DNA from: Candidatus Latescibacterota bacterium
GTDB taxonomy: Bacteria > Latescibacterota > UBA2968 > UBA8231
Assembly: GCA_965261395.1 (NCBI GenBank)
Contig: OZ253462.1
Span: 128,001 to 192,000, forward strand
Length of the DNA stretch: 64,000 nucleotides
Direction of reading: 5' to 3'
Position 1 is the stretch's first letter. Every line of letters starts with the position of its first letter. The notes beneath the pieces were generated by a model that saw nothing but the letters and a program-made list of their open reading frames with translations, ran no database searches and had not been told where the DNA came from. A program made the translations under genes and the position numbers. This document shows positions 37,257 through 47,798 of the stretch, piece by piece.

Positions 37257-38282
37257 TCAATCAAGCGGCAGTTCCACCCGCCGCCCTTCGGCCATACTGA
37301 TCTGCACGGCCTCGGTAAACTCCATGTACTTAACCCCGTCGGCAAAGCTAGTATGCGTAACGGGCCGACCGTCGCGGACGGAAGCGACAAAGTCCTCTTC
37401 CACCTGCCAGCCGTCGCGCGGATGCTCGGGGATGTCGAAGGGCTGGTACTCGTCGTCGCCCTCGCCGGCTATCCATATCCCACTCTCGTCCATCTTAAAC
37501 GAGCCTTTGGTGCCGTAAAAGGCAAAGCCAAAGGAAGGGCCTAAGCGCGCGACGCTGCTCAGGTGATAAACCGCTGTCGCGCCGCTTTCCAGCTCGGCGA
37601 CAATGCCCAAGCTCTCCGGCACATCGGCCGGGGCGTTCTCCCCGGTCTCCTCGTCGAGCCGCTCGGTCGTAAACGTCTTGCCGTAGGCTATCACGGCCTT
37701 CTCGTGCCCGGCATAGCGGCGCACCGTCTCATTGCCAATGCCCATCGCCATGATGTTGTTACCCGAAAGATCGCGGCGCTGTCGCCAGTGCAGTGGCGCG
37801 TCCGGGGCGTAGCCGCCGGAGAGGCCAGCGAAGTGAATTTCCAACAAGTCGCCGAAAAAACCGCTGTGCAGCTTGTCGAGCAAGAGCGGTTCGGCCGACA
37901 AATAGAAGGGCGCTGGCACGATCATCGCCACCTTGTCGGTTTGCTGCGAGGCCGCGTACATCTGCCGCGCCTCGGCCAGATTCATGCACATCCGCGCCTC
38001 GGTCAGCACGTGCTTGCCCGCTTCGAGCCCGGCCAGCGTCAGCGGACAGTGCATATAGGGCCACGTGCCGATGCTGATCGCATCGACGTCGTCGCTTGCG
38101 ATCAGCGCCCGCCAATCTTCGAATACCTGCGGGATGCCGTACTCGTCGGCGATCCTTTGGCCCGATTCGCGCGAGCGGTTGCAGACCGCGGTTATTTCTA
38201 CTCCGTCAATACCTTGAAAACCGGGAATGTGCTGCAAGCGGGTATTGGCCCCCGCGCCGATTAGTCCTATGCGAAGTGTCAC
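37257..38282 (-). CDS. Gfo/Idh/MocA family oxidoreductase
   Basis: IGLIGAG, AGKHVLTEARM. Confidence 0.9.
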   Translation of the reverse strand: MTLRIGLIGAGANTRLQHIPGFQGIDGVEITAVCNRSRESGQRIADEYGIPQVFEDWRALIASDDVDAISIGTWPYMHCPLTLAGLEAGKHVLTEARMCMNLAEARQMYAASQQTDKVAMIVPAPFYLSAEPLLLDKLHSGFFGDLLEIHFAGLSGGYAPDAPLHWRQRRDLSGNNIMAMGIGNETVRRYAGHEKAVIAYGKTFTTERLDEETGENAPADVPESLGIVAELESGATAVYHLSSVARLGPSFGFAFYGTKGSFKMDESGIWIAGEGDDEYQPFDIPEHPRDGWQVEEDFVASVRDGRPVTHTSFADGVKYMEFTEAVQISMAEGRRVELPLD

Positions 38283-38352
38283 AGCCGTTTTCCTCCTGTG
38301 TGTTTGTAGTCTGGATTGGAACGGCCTAAGCTAGCCGCCCCTCTCGAACCTG

Positions 38353-39813
38353 TCAACGCCACTCATAGAGCGACTTCCGCGCTAGCCGGTACTCATCGGC
38401 GGGCCGGTCAATCGCCGTCGCCCCACCCGAGGCCACCTCGATTAGGCGCGCACACACCGGTTCATACGCAGCCCTAGGAGCCACCGCGCCCTTGGCCACC
38501 AAGATCCGCTGGTGCTCGGGCTGGATCCCGGCGCAGGTAATCTGGTGAATGCTGTTGGGACAGGCGCGCTCGCTGTTGAGCAAGAGCAGCCCTTTGCGTC
38601 CAGCCCGCTCGACTTGTACAACTGCGGTCGGCCCCTGATTAAAATAGCGGCCCCCACCGTGCCGACGCTCGCGCTCTTCGTACGATCCATCGTGCAGCGT
38701 CCGCACCCGGCCGGCAATTTCCAAGGTCGGCCCGTGCATGTCGTCGGTCTTGCCACCCACGCTGAGCTGGACCTGCCCACCGACGCCAGCCGCAAAGCAC
38801 GCTTGCGCGCTTTCGACATCCCAGATCGACACAACCCAGCCGTCCGCCTCCTGCGCGAGCAATTGCTCCAACACAAACGTCGAGTCCCCGGACGAGCCGC
38901 CGCCGATGTTGTCGCCCATGTCGAGCAGACACACGGGCGTCTCCTCGCTCGCCAAAGCTAACCGCACGGCCTCGGCTGGAGCGGGCACCGCGGGCTTTAG
39001 CTGATCGCGGCTGGCCCACATCTGCTCGCCCAACCGCTCGGCCTCGTGCTGTGCCCTTTCTTCGTCGCCATCGGCAATCACCACCACCGACGGCCCCATA
39101 TAGGGCACGTCCGCGTACTGGTAGCCCCCGGCGATGCTACACCCGAGAATCCCCGCTGCGGACTCCAACTCAATCGCCGCCTGCATCAGCGGCTGCATGG
39201 GCGCGACGCTCGTGTTGTGGAAGTAGATATTGAAAAGCACCTCTGGCTTGACCAACGCCATCTTGGGTTGGACCTCGCCCCGAATCTGCCGCGTCAGGAT
39301 GGACGCGGCCTGCAAGCCTCGTTCCCGCTGGTCGATATGGGGATTGGTCTTGTAGATGATCAAGGAGTCGGCCGCGGCCACCAGTTCCGGGGGCACGTTG
39401 GCGTGGTAGTCGTGGGTCACGGCAATGGGCAAGTCGCCCACCAGCGCGCGCACCCGGCGCACGGTCTCGCCGTCGGCTTGGGGGAAGCCCTCGGCGACCA
39501 TGGCCCCGTGCAGTGCCAACAGCACCCCGTCGAGCTTGGGGGCTGCCTCCAGTCCGCTGAGGATGCGCCCGACAAAGTGCTCGTATGTGGACGCGGTCAC
39601 CGGGCCGCCCGGAGTCGCCGACGTCGCCAAGAGCGGATACAGTTCATAGCCGAACTGTTCGGCCCCGGCGATATAGCCGGCGATCTCGTGGAAGGTTCCT
39701 TCGTACTGGCCGATCAGGTCCGCGCCTTCGCAGCCCCCGAAATCCTCCAATTGCGTCGGCTGCGAATAGAACGAATTCGACTCGTGGGAAAAACCTGCTG
39801 TTGCAATGCGCAT
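38353..39813 (-). CDS. M81 family metallopeptidase (MlrC-like)
   Basis: HESNSF, LHGAM, DYHAN, YKTNPHID, DNIGGG. Confidence 0.9.
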   Translation of the reverse strand: MRIATAGFSHESNSFYSQPTQLEDFGGCEGADLIGQYEGTFHEIAGYIAGAEQFGYELYPLLATSATPGGPVTASTYEHFVGRILSGLEAAPKLDGVLLALHGAMVAEGFPQADGETVRRVRALVGDLPIAVTHDYHANVPPELVAAADSLIIYKTNPHIDQRERGLQAASILTRQIRGEVQPKMALVKPEVLFNIYFHNTSVAPMQPLMQAAIELESAAGILGCSIAGGYQYADVPYMGPSVVVIADGDEERAQHEAERLGEQMWASRDQLKPAVPAPAEAVRLALASEETPVCLLDMGDNIGGGSSGDSTFVLEQLLAQEADGWVVSIWDVESAQACFAAGVGGQVQLSVGGKTDDMHGPTLEIAGRVRTLHDGSYEERERRHGGGRYFNQGPTAVVQVERAGRKGLLLLNSERACPNSIHQITCAGIQPEHQRILVAKGAVAPRAAYEPVCARLIEVASGGATAIDRPADEYRLARKSLYEWR

Positions 39814-39893
39814 TCGGTATCACCTTTCTGGCGCACAGATCGCTCTGCCGCCTCGCTTGTCATAGAATATAATGCTATCTTTCCCAAACGCTT

Positions 39894-40964
39894 ATGAACC
39901 GTTGGCAAAAGATATTCACCTATAAAAAGACCAAGCGTCTAACGCAAATGGTCGCCTGCGGCGGCTGAGCCTCCAAACTGCGCCCCGATCAGTTGCGGCG
40001 CGCCCTGGCAGGTCTGCCAGCAAACAGCGATCCCAACCTGCTGGTCGGCTTCAACCTCGCCGACGACGCCGGCGTCTATCGCCTCAGCGACAGCGAGGCC
40101 CTCGTGCAGACCGTCGATTTCTTCACCCCCATCGTCGACGATCCCTATACCTTTGGGGCCATTGCCGCGGCCAACTCGCTCAGCGACGTGTACGCCATGG
40201 GTGGCAAGCCCCTCACCGCGCTCAACATCGCGGGTTTTCCCGCCAACGAACTCGATCCAGAAGTCCTCAACCAGATTCTCCTCGGCGGTCAGTCCAAGGC
40301 CGCTGAGGCCGGCTGCACCCTCGTCGGCGGCCACACCGTGCAAGACCCCGAACTAAAATACGGCCTCGCCGTCACCGGCCTCGTCCACCCCGAGCGCATC
40401 TACACCAACGCCGGTGCCCAGCCCGGCGACCGCCTCATCCTCAGCAAGAAGCTGGGCACCGGGCTGATCGCCAACGCCTTCAAGGCCGGTCACCTCGCCG
40501 AGGCCGACCTCGCCGAGGCCGTGGAATCCATGCTCGCGCTCAACAAGGCCGCCGCCGAAATCCTGCCGGACTTCGCCGTCCACGCCGTCACCGACGTCAC
40601 CGGCTTCGGCCTTTTGGGACACGCCGCGGAAATGGCCGAGGGCAGCCAGATGGGTTTGGTCTTTCACGCGGCCCAAGTCCCGGCCTTGGCCCTCGGTCTA
40701 GCGCTGGCCGCCAACGGCCTCGAAGGCGGCTCCCGCGATAACCAGCGTTTCTTGGAATCCAAAGTCACCGTCGCCGCCAGCGTTGATCCGGCCCGCGCCA
40801 ATCTCCTCTTCGACGCCCAGACCTCCGGCGGCCTCCTCATCGCCGTAGCCGCAGCCGAGGCCGAGGCCCTCCTCCACGCCCTTCGCCAAAACGGAGTAGA
40901 GGCCGCCGCGCTCGTCGGCGAGGTCATCGGGGAAAACCCCGGCCGCATCCTCGTCGAGCCGTGA
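39894..40964 (+). CDS. selD: Selenide, water dikinase (selenophosphate synthetase), Sec-containing
   Basis: Extends through in-frame TGA 39966-39968: ...KRLTQMVACGG-U-ASKL...; DDAGV, TVDFFTP, NSLSDVYAMGG, GGHT, TDVTGFGLLGH, DAQTSGGLL. Start codon uncertain. Confidence 0.93.
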
Positions 40965-41136
40965 TCTTCTCGACTAGCACCGTTTCCTTGCCGGTGGCGC
41001 GCTCGATCATGCGGACTTCGCCCACGTAGCCGACGGGATGGATAATTGATGAGGTGCTTGCTTATTGGATAAGTTTTAATAATACCAGTACCACTCCGAT
41101 AGTAACTAGTATGGAGGTAGGAGACAGAGGATTGCG

Positions 41137-42720
41137 ATGAGTAACGGATGGAAGGATGTGCGCGGTTATTTTCCTGGAGATTGGGTCAGGCCCAGGCAGA
41201 ACACGGGGCATTGGCGTCCATTGGTCGATTGGACGGAGGTTTTTCCGGGCCATCGCTCCGTCGATCGAACTGGCGCGTTCGAACTCTACGATGCCCCCAT
41301 CGGCGTCCGCTTGGCGGTCGAGGAGGCGGACAAATCGGCTCCGCTCGAGTTCGATGGCGCAGTGGATGGTGACGTCGATGACGTAGGCAATTCCGTGCGG
41401 GTGTGGCAGGCGGATGACCGATACCACCTGCTCTACTACCAGGGGAGACACGTCGCTTATGCGGTAAGTGAAGATGCTTACCGCTGGACCCGTCCCGGCT
41501 TGGGCATCATCGAGCAGAACGGCTCGAAAGAAAACAACCTGGTTACCGATGTAGGGGGCGACCTGCTCAAAGCGGTATTCGAGGATCCAACCGCGCCACC
41601 TGAAGAGCGGTTTAAGGGCATGGGTTGTGAGGGGGCTCTGATCAATTCGGAGACCGGAGAGGTCGCCAACGCGGGTGAGGAGGTTGACGATGAATACATA
41701 CAAAAGTGGTGGGCCGATCAGGAATACTTGGGTCCAGCCTACAAAGGGCCCAGACTGATTCTCAAGGGCCGGGTAATGGGGTGGGTCTCCCCTGACCGCG
41801 TTCACTGGAAGCGGACCGACAAGATTCTCGCCAATTTTCCCATGGATGGAGGCCTCTCCGCCAGATACGACGAGGAATCCGGTTACTACTACGCCTACTG
41901 TCGCATCCAGGGCGTCCCCCAAGAACAGTTCGACCTGATCGGCAGCGGCGTTCCGGAGGATGGCATCTTCCACCGGGCGATCGGGCTGACTCGGACCAAG
42001 GACTTCAACCACTGGCCCGCTCCCAAGCTCCTCCTCTTTCCAGATGGTCAGGATGAGCCCGACCTCTCGTTCTACGGCGGCGACTACTTTCCCTATCCGG
42101 GTAGAGACGATCTGCACTGCATGTTGGTACAGGCCTACCATCATGCCACCGACCACGTGGACAGCCAGCTCGCCATCAGTCGCGACGGTTTGATTTGGCA
42201 GCGGCCGGAGCGCAAGCCGATTGTTCCGGTGGGAGGTCCGGGTGCGCCCGACGCGGCCATGGTCTATTCCTGGGGCAGCGGCATCGCGGAATTGCCGGAC
42301 GGCAATTGGGGGTCTCTCTACGGAGGGCACACGTCGCTGCACAACGAACCGCAGAGAGGAGAGGCGGTGTTACAGTGGGCCCGGTGGCGGCCCCACAGAT
42401 TCTGCGGCATCGAAACGGATGTGGAGGGTCGGTTTACCTTGCCGACCGTAGTGAGGACCGCCAGTCAGCTGAGGCTCAACTACCGCTGTCGCCCGGGTGG
42501 CTGGATCAAGGTCGAGATTCTGCGCAACATTCCCTCGCGGATTCACCCCGACGTCGATCCGATCGCCGGCCTGACCTTCGAAGAAAGCGATCTGCTGAAA
42601 GGAGATTCGCTCGACCAGACGGTCACCTGGAACGGCAACAGCAACTTGTCCGAGGTGGGTGAGATGTTGGCGATTCGGATCCGGATGTTTCAGGCAAAGA
42701 TCTTCGCGTACCACGTTTAA
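41137..42720 (+). CDS. Hypothetical protein, beta-propeller glycoside-hydrolase-like
   Basis: YAVSEDAYRWTRP, VSPDRVHW, TKDFNHW, SRDGLIW (Asp-box-like SxDGxxW repeats); GAGG RBS. Confidence 0.65.
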   Translation: MSNGWKDVRGYFPGDWVRPRQNTGHWRPLVDWTEVFPGHRSVDRTGAFELYDAPIGVRLAVEEADKSAPLEFDGAVDGDVDDVGNSVRVWQADDRYHLLYYQGRHVAYAVSEDAYRWTRPGLGIIEQNGSKENNLVTDVGGDLLKAVFEDPTAPPEERFKGMGCEGALINSETGEVANAGEEVDDEYIQKWWADQEYLGPAYKGPRLILKGRVMGWVSPDRVHWKRTDKILANFPMDGGLSARYDEESGYYYAYCRIQGVPQEQFDLIGSGVPEDGIFHRAIGLTRTKDFNHWPAPKLLLFPDGQDEPDLSFYGGDYFPYPGRDDLHCMLVQAYHHATDHVDSQLAISRDGLIWQRPERKPIVPVGGPGAPDAAMVYSWGSGIAELPDGNWGSLYGGHTSLHNEPQRGEAVLQWARWRPHRFCGIETDVEGRFTLPTVVRTASQLRLNYRCRPGGWIKVEILRNIPSRIHPDVDPIAGLTFEESDLLKGDSLDQTVTWNGNSNLSEVGEMLAIRIRMFQAKIFAYHV

Positions 42721-42756
42721 GAAGCATGAGGATTGGGTTGCCAGGAGGTTGATCGC

Positions 42757-44742
42757 ATGACATGTAATCAGACGGGTGCATCAGGCGCAACTATCGCCGA
42801 CGCGGGCTCATCCCCGAGACCGGGCGCGGTCCCTGGGTTGGTCGAGGTCAGGGCGACGCGAGTATCGCCGCCCCCCGGATGGGCGCTTCTGGAACGCCGG
42901 TTGATGAAGCTGATGGAGGACGCGGTCGAGCCAATGGTCGACAAGTACGCGGAAAAGGGCGGAGCATTCTACTACGCCGACGATGTCGACGACCTGTACG
43001 AAAGGGTGTACAACTGGGGCCTGTTCTACGCCATGGGGGCCGATCGAAAGGTGCTCGACCTCGGGTTGCAGCAATGGCACGCAACCACGCGGTTCTTCGT
43101 CGACGACATCGTCAGCCGCATCCACCCCCGCTTCCATCCCCAGATCCACAACGAGTACTACAACCAGGCCTCCGCCGGTGCGAATGAGTGGTACCACCAA
43201 GGCGAGGGCAACATGGCCTTCTACCATTTCGGCCTGGCCGATCCCACCATTTCGGAAAACGTGCGCCGCGCCAGGCGGTTCGCGGCGATGTTCATGGACG
43301 AGGATCCCGAGGCCCCCAACTACGATCCACGGCACAGGATCTTCCGCTGCCCCATTCAGACCAGCGTCGGCCCCATGCGCCACGCAACGGTCGACAACGC
43401 GATCATGTGGCTGCAGGGAGGGGAAACGGGTTACGAGAAGGGATACCGCCCCTACAAGGTGCGGGCCACCCTTGATCCGGTGGTGACAGACCTCGAGGGG
43501 AACTGGTTCGAGAATCCCGCGCGCCGGGACGAGATCCTAAAGCTGTTCGACCACATCGTTCTCAACGGCGACGTCCCCCACAGCCTCGGCGCCACCGCCC
43601 TGATCACCAACGCCTTCCTCTACACCGGCGAGGACAAGTACAAGCAGTGGGTGCTCGACTACACCGAGGGGTGGATGGAGCGCATCGAGCGCAACGGCGG
43701 CATCCTGCCCGACAACGTCGGGCCGACCGGCAAGATCGGCGAAAACCGCAACGGCCTCTGGTGGGGCGGGCTCTACGGCTGGAACACCTTCGTCGGCCAC
43801 TACATCATGTTCAGCGCCCTCACCATCGCCGCGGAGTGCGCCCTCCTGCTCACCGGCGACTTCGGCTATCTCGAGCTGCTGCGCTCGCAGATCCGGCTTC
43901 TCATGGACAACGCCATCACCCGCGAGGACGGCCAGCTTCTGTTGCCGGCCCGCTACGGTTCTGACGGCTGGGAGTACGCCAGGGACAACTACGACTACGA
44001 AAGAGGCAGGTTCGTGCCCTACCGCATGCAGGAGCTGGCCCACCTCTATCACGCCTCAATGGCCCAAGAGGACTACGACCTCATCGTCCGCATTCGGGAC
44101 ACCGACAAAATGCGCGACTGGAACCACGTGCCCGTCCTCGGAGAGAAGAGCTACGCCGACACCGAACTGGCGCGCTTCCAGTACTACGACGGCAAGAACC
44201 CGGACTGGCCCGAGAAGATCCTGCAGGCCGAGTACCAGAATGCCCAGACTGACTTCCAGTCGATACTGAAAGAAACCCGCGATGCCAAGACCTTGATCGC
44301 GGACAACCCCTCTCCCCCCACTACGGTCTACACCAAGGGGTTGACGCAGGTGACAATGGGGGCACCGCAATCGGTGTACACGGGAGGGCTGTTGCGCGCC
44401 ACCGTCCGCTACTTCGATGCAGACCGCACGCGGCCGGGCCTGCCACCCGACGTGGCTGCTCTCATCGACAAACTGGGAGCTGACAGCGCAGGTCTTCAGC
44501 TTGTCAACCTGAACGCCGGCGAGACGCGCAACCTGATCGTGCAGGCCGGGGCTTTCGCCGAGCACGAATTTGTCGAACTGACGCATGAAGAGCAGACCGT
44601 CGAGGTGGAGTCGAAGTATTTCGCGGTGCAACTCCCCCCCGGCACCTCCATCCGGCTGGATGTGGGCATGCGCCGCTTTGCTCACCGGCCGACCTATGCC
44701 TTCCCCTGGCACGGGGACGCTATCCCGGTGCCGTACCAGTAG
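42757..44742 (+). CDS. Conserved-looking hypothetical enzyme
   Basis: Long ORF with strong GC3 bias; AGGAGG precedes ATG 42757; motifs DDLYE, WYHQGEG, PDNVG, WWGGLYGW. Family not recognised. Confidence 0.7.
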   Translation: MTCNQTGASGATIADAGSSPRPGAVPGLVEVRATRVSPPPGWALLERRLMKLMEDAVEPMVDKYAEKGGAFYYADDVDDLYERVYNWGLFYAMGADRKVLDLGLQQWHATTRFFVDDIVSRIHPRFHPQIHNEYYNQASAGANEWYHQGEGNMAFYHFGLADPTISENVRRARRFAAMFMDEDPEAPNYDPRHRIFRCPIQTSVGPMRHATVDNAIMWLQGGETGYEKGYRPYKVRATLDPVVTDLEGNWFENPARRDEILKLFDHIVLNGDVPHSLGATALITNAFLYTGEDKYKQWVLDYTEGWMERIERNGGILPDNVGPTGKIGENRNGLWWGGLYGWNTFVGHYIMFSALTIAAECALLLTGDFGYLELLRSQIRLLMDNAITREDGQLLLPARYGSDGWEYARDNYDYERGRFVPYRMQELAHLYHASMAQEDYDLIVRIRDTDKMRDWNHVPVLGEKSYADTELARFQYYDGKNPDWPEKILQAEYQNAQTDFQSILKETRDAKTLIADNPSPPTTVYTKGLTQVTMGAPQSVYTGGLLRATVRYFDADRTRPGLPPDVAALIDKLGADSAGLQLVNLNAGETRNLIVQAGAFAEHEFVELTHEEQTVEVESKYFAVQLPPGTSIRLDVGMRRFAHRPTYAFPWHGDAIPVPYQ

Positions 44743-44884
44743 CTCCCCACATAGAGTCAACCATCAACATCAGGGCATCCAGATATTCCACTTGCCATAC
44801 TTTTCCCAGATGCGACAGGCGTCACAGGTACACATCAACCGGAGTGCAAAACGCGGTTTGTTACCAAAACTTTCGAACTCTCAG

Positions 44885-46219
44885 CTATAGCCCCTGCATC
44901 GCTGATTCGGGATCGAGAATTACATCAGCAGCAATCAATCGATCCTGTAGCTCGGCCATCGGCACGCCACGACTATCCACACCTGTTGCCCTTGCTATCG
45001 CAGCGGCCGTGCCAGCAGCCTGCCCCATGCCCATCGAGTTGGCTGTGACTCGACTTGATGCCAGGGCCTCTGAAGTTGCCGAGTGACAACGACCCGCAAC
45101 CCAGAGATTCTCTACGCCCTGCGGCAGCAACGTTCTGTACGAAATATCGTACGGCGGTACGATCGGCTGATCGTGATACCCGGCTGCGTCCTCAGGATGC
45201 CGGTCTATCCTCCACGCCCCAAGCACTACTACGTCATCCTGTCGTTTCGCAGTTCTTATATCGTCGCCGGTCAGCATGTAATCGCCGACGATTCTTCTGG
45301 ATTCTCGCGATCCAGCAGTCGGACCACTGGTGAAAAAGTATGCGTCTTTGAACTCGGGTAGTGCTTCTTTCCAGAGCTCGAACATGGTCCACGCATCACG
45401 TCGGCCCTGGATTTCTGCGTTCGTCCAGTCTTGCGGATTAGTTGCGTTTCTGGGAGTGCGAATCACATTGAAATAGATGTCTCGACCTGAGAAAGTTGCC
45501 GGCCACGGACCACCATAAAGGCCGATCTTTCCTTCGGCACGTGCCTTCTCCAGAACGGCCGCACATTTACGACGCAGCTCAAATGTAAGTTCAACAAAGC
45601 CAATTCGGAAGTGCAAGCTCATCGGCTGAAGCGACTCGGCGACCTCGTATGGACATCCTGCCCAGGCGGCGACATCGGCATCACCCGTGGCATCGATAAC
45701 GTACTGGGGTCGTATAGCGACGAGGCCGTCTTTGTTGCTGACTACGACACTGTCCACCCGGTCACCCTTCACGATCACGTCAGACACCTGTGTGTGGAAA
45801 AGCGGATTTACGCCAGACTCGACTAAAACGTCATCCGCAGCCTTCTTGAACAACTCCGGATCAGTGCGCGGAATTACGCGATCAGGATGCTTTTCGACCT
45901 CGGTGAAATCACCGTTCACGTTGTATGAGAGATGTCGAGCCTGCCCGGGCTCAACCACCCCCATTCGTTCGAGCATCTCAAAGACAAGTCCACCCACAAC
46001 AGGCTTACCAGTCTCTTCGTAGACGAATCCATCGAACGCCGAGCCGATGATGTTCGTAAAGAACCCACCGGCAAATCCCATGCGGTCAACTGCCATCACA
46101 GAAGCACCGTTCCGTGCCGCGCCAACAGCCGCACCAATACCCGCCAGCCCCGTTCCGCAAACGAGAACATCTGGTTCAGCGACTACAGGAAGTGATTTTG
46201 TGTACTGGATTATGGACAT
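44885..46219 (-). CDS. FAD-dependent oxidoreductase (FAD_oxidored family)
   Basis: GTGLAGIGAA, IDATGDAD, RESRRIVGDY, NLWVAGRC, GQAAGTAA. Confidence 0.88.
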   Translation of the reverse strand: MSIIQYTKSLPVVAEPDVLVCGTGLAGIGAAVGAARNGASVMAVDRMGFAGGFFTNIIGSAFDGFVYEETGKPVVGGLVFEMLERMGVVEPGQARHLSYNVNGDFTEVEKHPDRVIPRTDPELFKKAADDVLVESGVNPLFHTQVSDVIVKGDRVDSVVVSNKDGLVAIRPQYVIDATGDADVAAWAGCPYEVAESLQPMSLHFRIGFVELTFELRRKCAAVLEKARAEGKIGLYGGPWPATFSGRDIYFNVIRTPRNATNPQDWTNAEIQGRRDAWTMFELWKEALPEFKDAYFFTSGPTAGSRESRRIVGDYMLTGDDIRTAKRQDDVVVLGAWRIDRHPEDAAGYHDQPIVPPYDISYRTLLPQGVENLWVAGRCHSATSEALASSRVTANSMGMGQAAGTAAAIARATGVDSRGVPMAELQDRLIAADVILDPESAMQGL

Positions 46220-46261
46220 GATTTGCTACTCGACCAGCCCCCAATCCCCAGCCCCCGCTTC

Positions 46262-46999
46262 TCAATGCTTACACGCCACATGTCGATCTTCATATATTCC
46301 CTTTAGAAACTTTTCTGGATTGAGTTCTTCGGGCAAATAATGCCATGCCGTACTATAGCGCGTGCGATTGCTGTGGTTATCATAAGCACCGTGCAAGAGA
46401 TTGGCGGAAAACAGAACAACCGTGCCAGCGGGAATGACCAGATCCACAGCCTGCGATTCATCGACCTCTGTCCAACTGCCATGCCTGCTTGGATCTCTGC
46501 GGTGCTCGACAATCTCGCCCATCCGGTGGCTGCCGGGCACCACCCGCAAACACCCATTCTCCACATCTGAATCTTCCAGATAAATTCCGCAACTGATAAT
46601 GCGATCCGTATCAGTCCCAAAATAAAAACTGTCCTGATGCCAGCCCGTTGACGTGCCGCCGTTGGGCAACTTCGGAAAGAACTTGGTGCCAAACACATCA
46701 AAATTTTCACCAATCAATACTGCTACACGGTCTAAAATCGCCGTTTCACGCGCCAGTTCCAACACGCGGGAATCGACCACGCAAACACCCTGAATTTTGT
46801 GCAACAAACCCGCCCGGGGTTCACCGCACTCGTCCAACTCGAGCGTCCAGTGCGGCACCTGCTCGGTCAGCTTGCGCCCCTCTGCGACTAGTTCATCAAA
46901 CACCTGCTTGTAATAGGCCAATCGCTCGCCTTGAATCAGGGTTTCAAAAACAAGATAGCCATCTTCTCGAAACTGCCGCGCCTGTTCGTCTGTCAACAT
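46262..46999 (-). CDS. PhyH-family Fe(II)/2-oxoglutarate dioxygenase
   Basis: WHQD, NGCLRVVPGSH, LLHGAYDN...R. Confidence 0.92.
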   Translation of the reverse strand: MLTDEQARQFREDGYLVFETLIQGERLAYYKQVFDELVAEGRKLTEQVPHWTLELDECGEPRAGLLHKIQGVCVVDSRVLELARETAILDRVAVLIGENFDVFGTKFFPKLPNGGTSTGWHQDSFYFGTDTDRIISCGIYLEDSDVENGCLRVVPGSHRMGEIVEHRRDPSRHGSWTEVDESQAVDLVIPAGTVVLFSANLLHGAYDNHSNRTRYSTAWHYLPEELNPEKFLKGIYEDRHVACKH

Positions 47000-47016
47000 T
47001 CTTGTTCCTCCTCAAG

Positions 47017-47033
47017 GTATAGGAAAAATAAGG
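47017..47033 (-). repeat. oriIS-like 17-mer (isolated copy)
   Basis: GTATAGGAAAAATAAGG is identical to 53249-53265 and one mismatch from 60937-60953. Confidence 0.6.
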
Positions 47034-47071
47034 GAATTATATATTTGACTTCACAAATCCGTTCAAAACAC

Positions 47072-47115
47072 AAAATCGGCGGTCAGATAGGGTTTCTATG
47101 CTGACCGCCGATTTT
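47072..47115. terminator. Bidirectional-type hairpin terminator
   Basis: AAAATCGGCGGTCAG / CTGACCGCCGATTTT perfect inverted repeat. Confidence 0.75.
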
Positions 47116-47139
47116 TCATTTTAGAAAAGGAGTTATGGG

Positions 47140-47427
47140 TTATGGAGACTCAGAAGGATTGTTTGGATTCGTTAAGGAATCATTTATTTCTTGTTGAATG
47201 TGCTTTACGCCATCTTGGAAACCTTGCTTTACGTGAGGCGGAATATCAGACCTTTGGACGCGATTTTCGTAAAACTCAAGATAAGTGCCAATAACTTGGG
47301 CAATTTGATCTCCATTAGGTATATGATTTTTGATATATCCTAATGTTCCTATTATTGCTTGAGTTGTTGCCATTCTTTGCCCTGAAAGATACTCAGATAT
47401 TTCTTCAGGGCTTTGAGGATTAGACAT
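47140..47427 (-). CDS. Hypothetical protein (AT-rich)
   Basis: 95-aa ORF with GGAG RBS and downstream terminator. Confidence 0.65.
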   Translation of the reverse strand: MSNPQSPEEISEYLSGQRMATTQAIIGTLGYIKNHIPNGDQIAQVIGTYLEFYENRVQRSDIPPHVKQGFQDGVKHIQQEINDSLTNPNNPSESP

Positions 47428-47798
47428 AGCTAAGTCTCCATTGGTTTGGGATGGTTCAGGCCAGAATTGCCGTCAACGTAACGGAATCCAGTAGCCCGGA
47501 TTTGGACGAAATTGCTCAAAATCGAGCGGAATCAGAGAAAGTAAGGAGAGAATTCCTTAAAATCAATACTTGCTCTGGTTGAAAAATCATTTTATTCTAT
47601 GGCCGTTCATACTCTTGTAGAGACCCCGTTTAGTCGGGTCTTCTACCCAATACAACAGCCAGAAAGACCCGGCAACAGGGTAGCTCCCTATTGCCCCGGC
47701 GAATAAGTGGAACTTCTCTGATTCTCTACGAGAGTGTGAACAGGCCCGGCCCCTTTAACGGGGGCCATCCCTGTTCACCTCAACAAAGGAGAATCGCC

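Noticed and set aside
40965-41136. tRNA-Sec (selC) or an att site next to selD
   Set aside because: No cloverleaf or T-loop visible, and no direct repeat matching the island's right end.
41062-42342. 426-aa minus-strand ORF
   Set aside because: Shadow of the better-supported plus-strand gene with RBS and repeat motifs.
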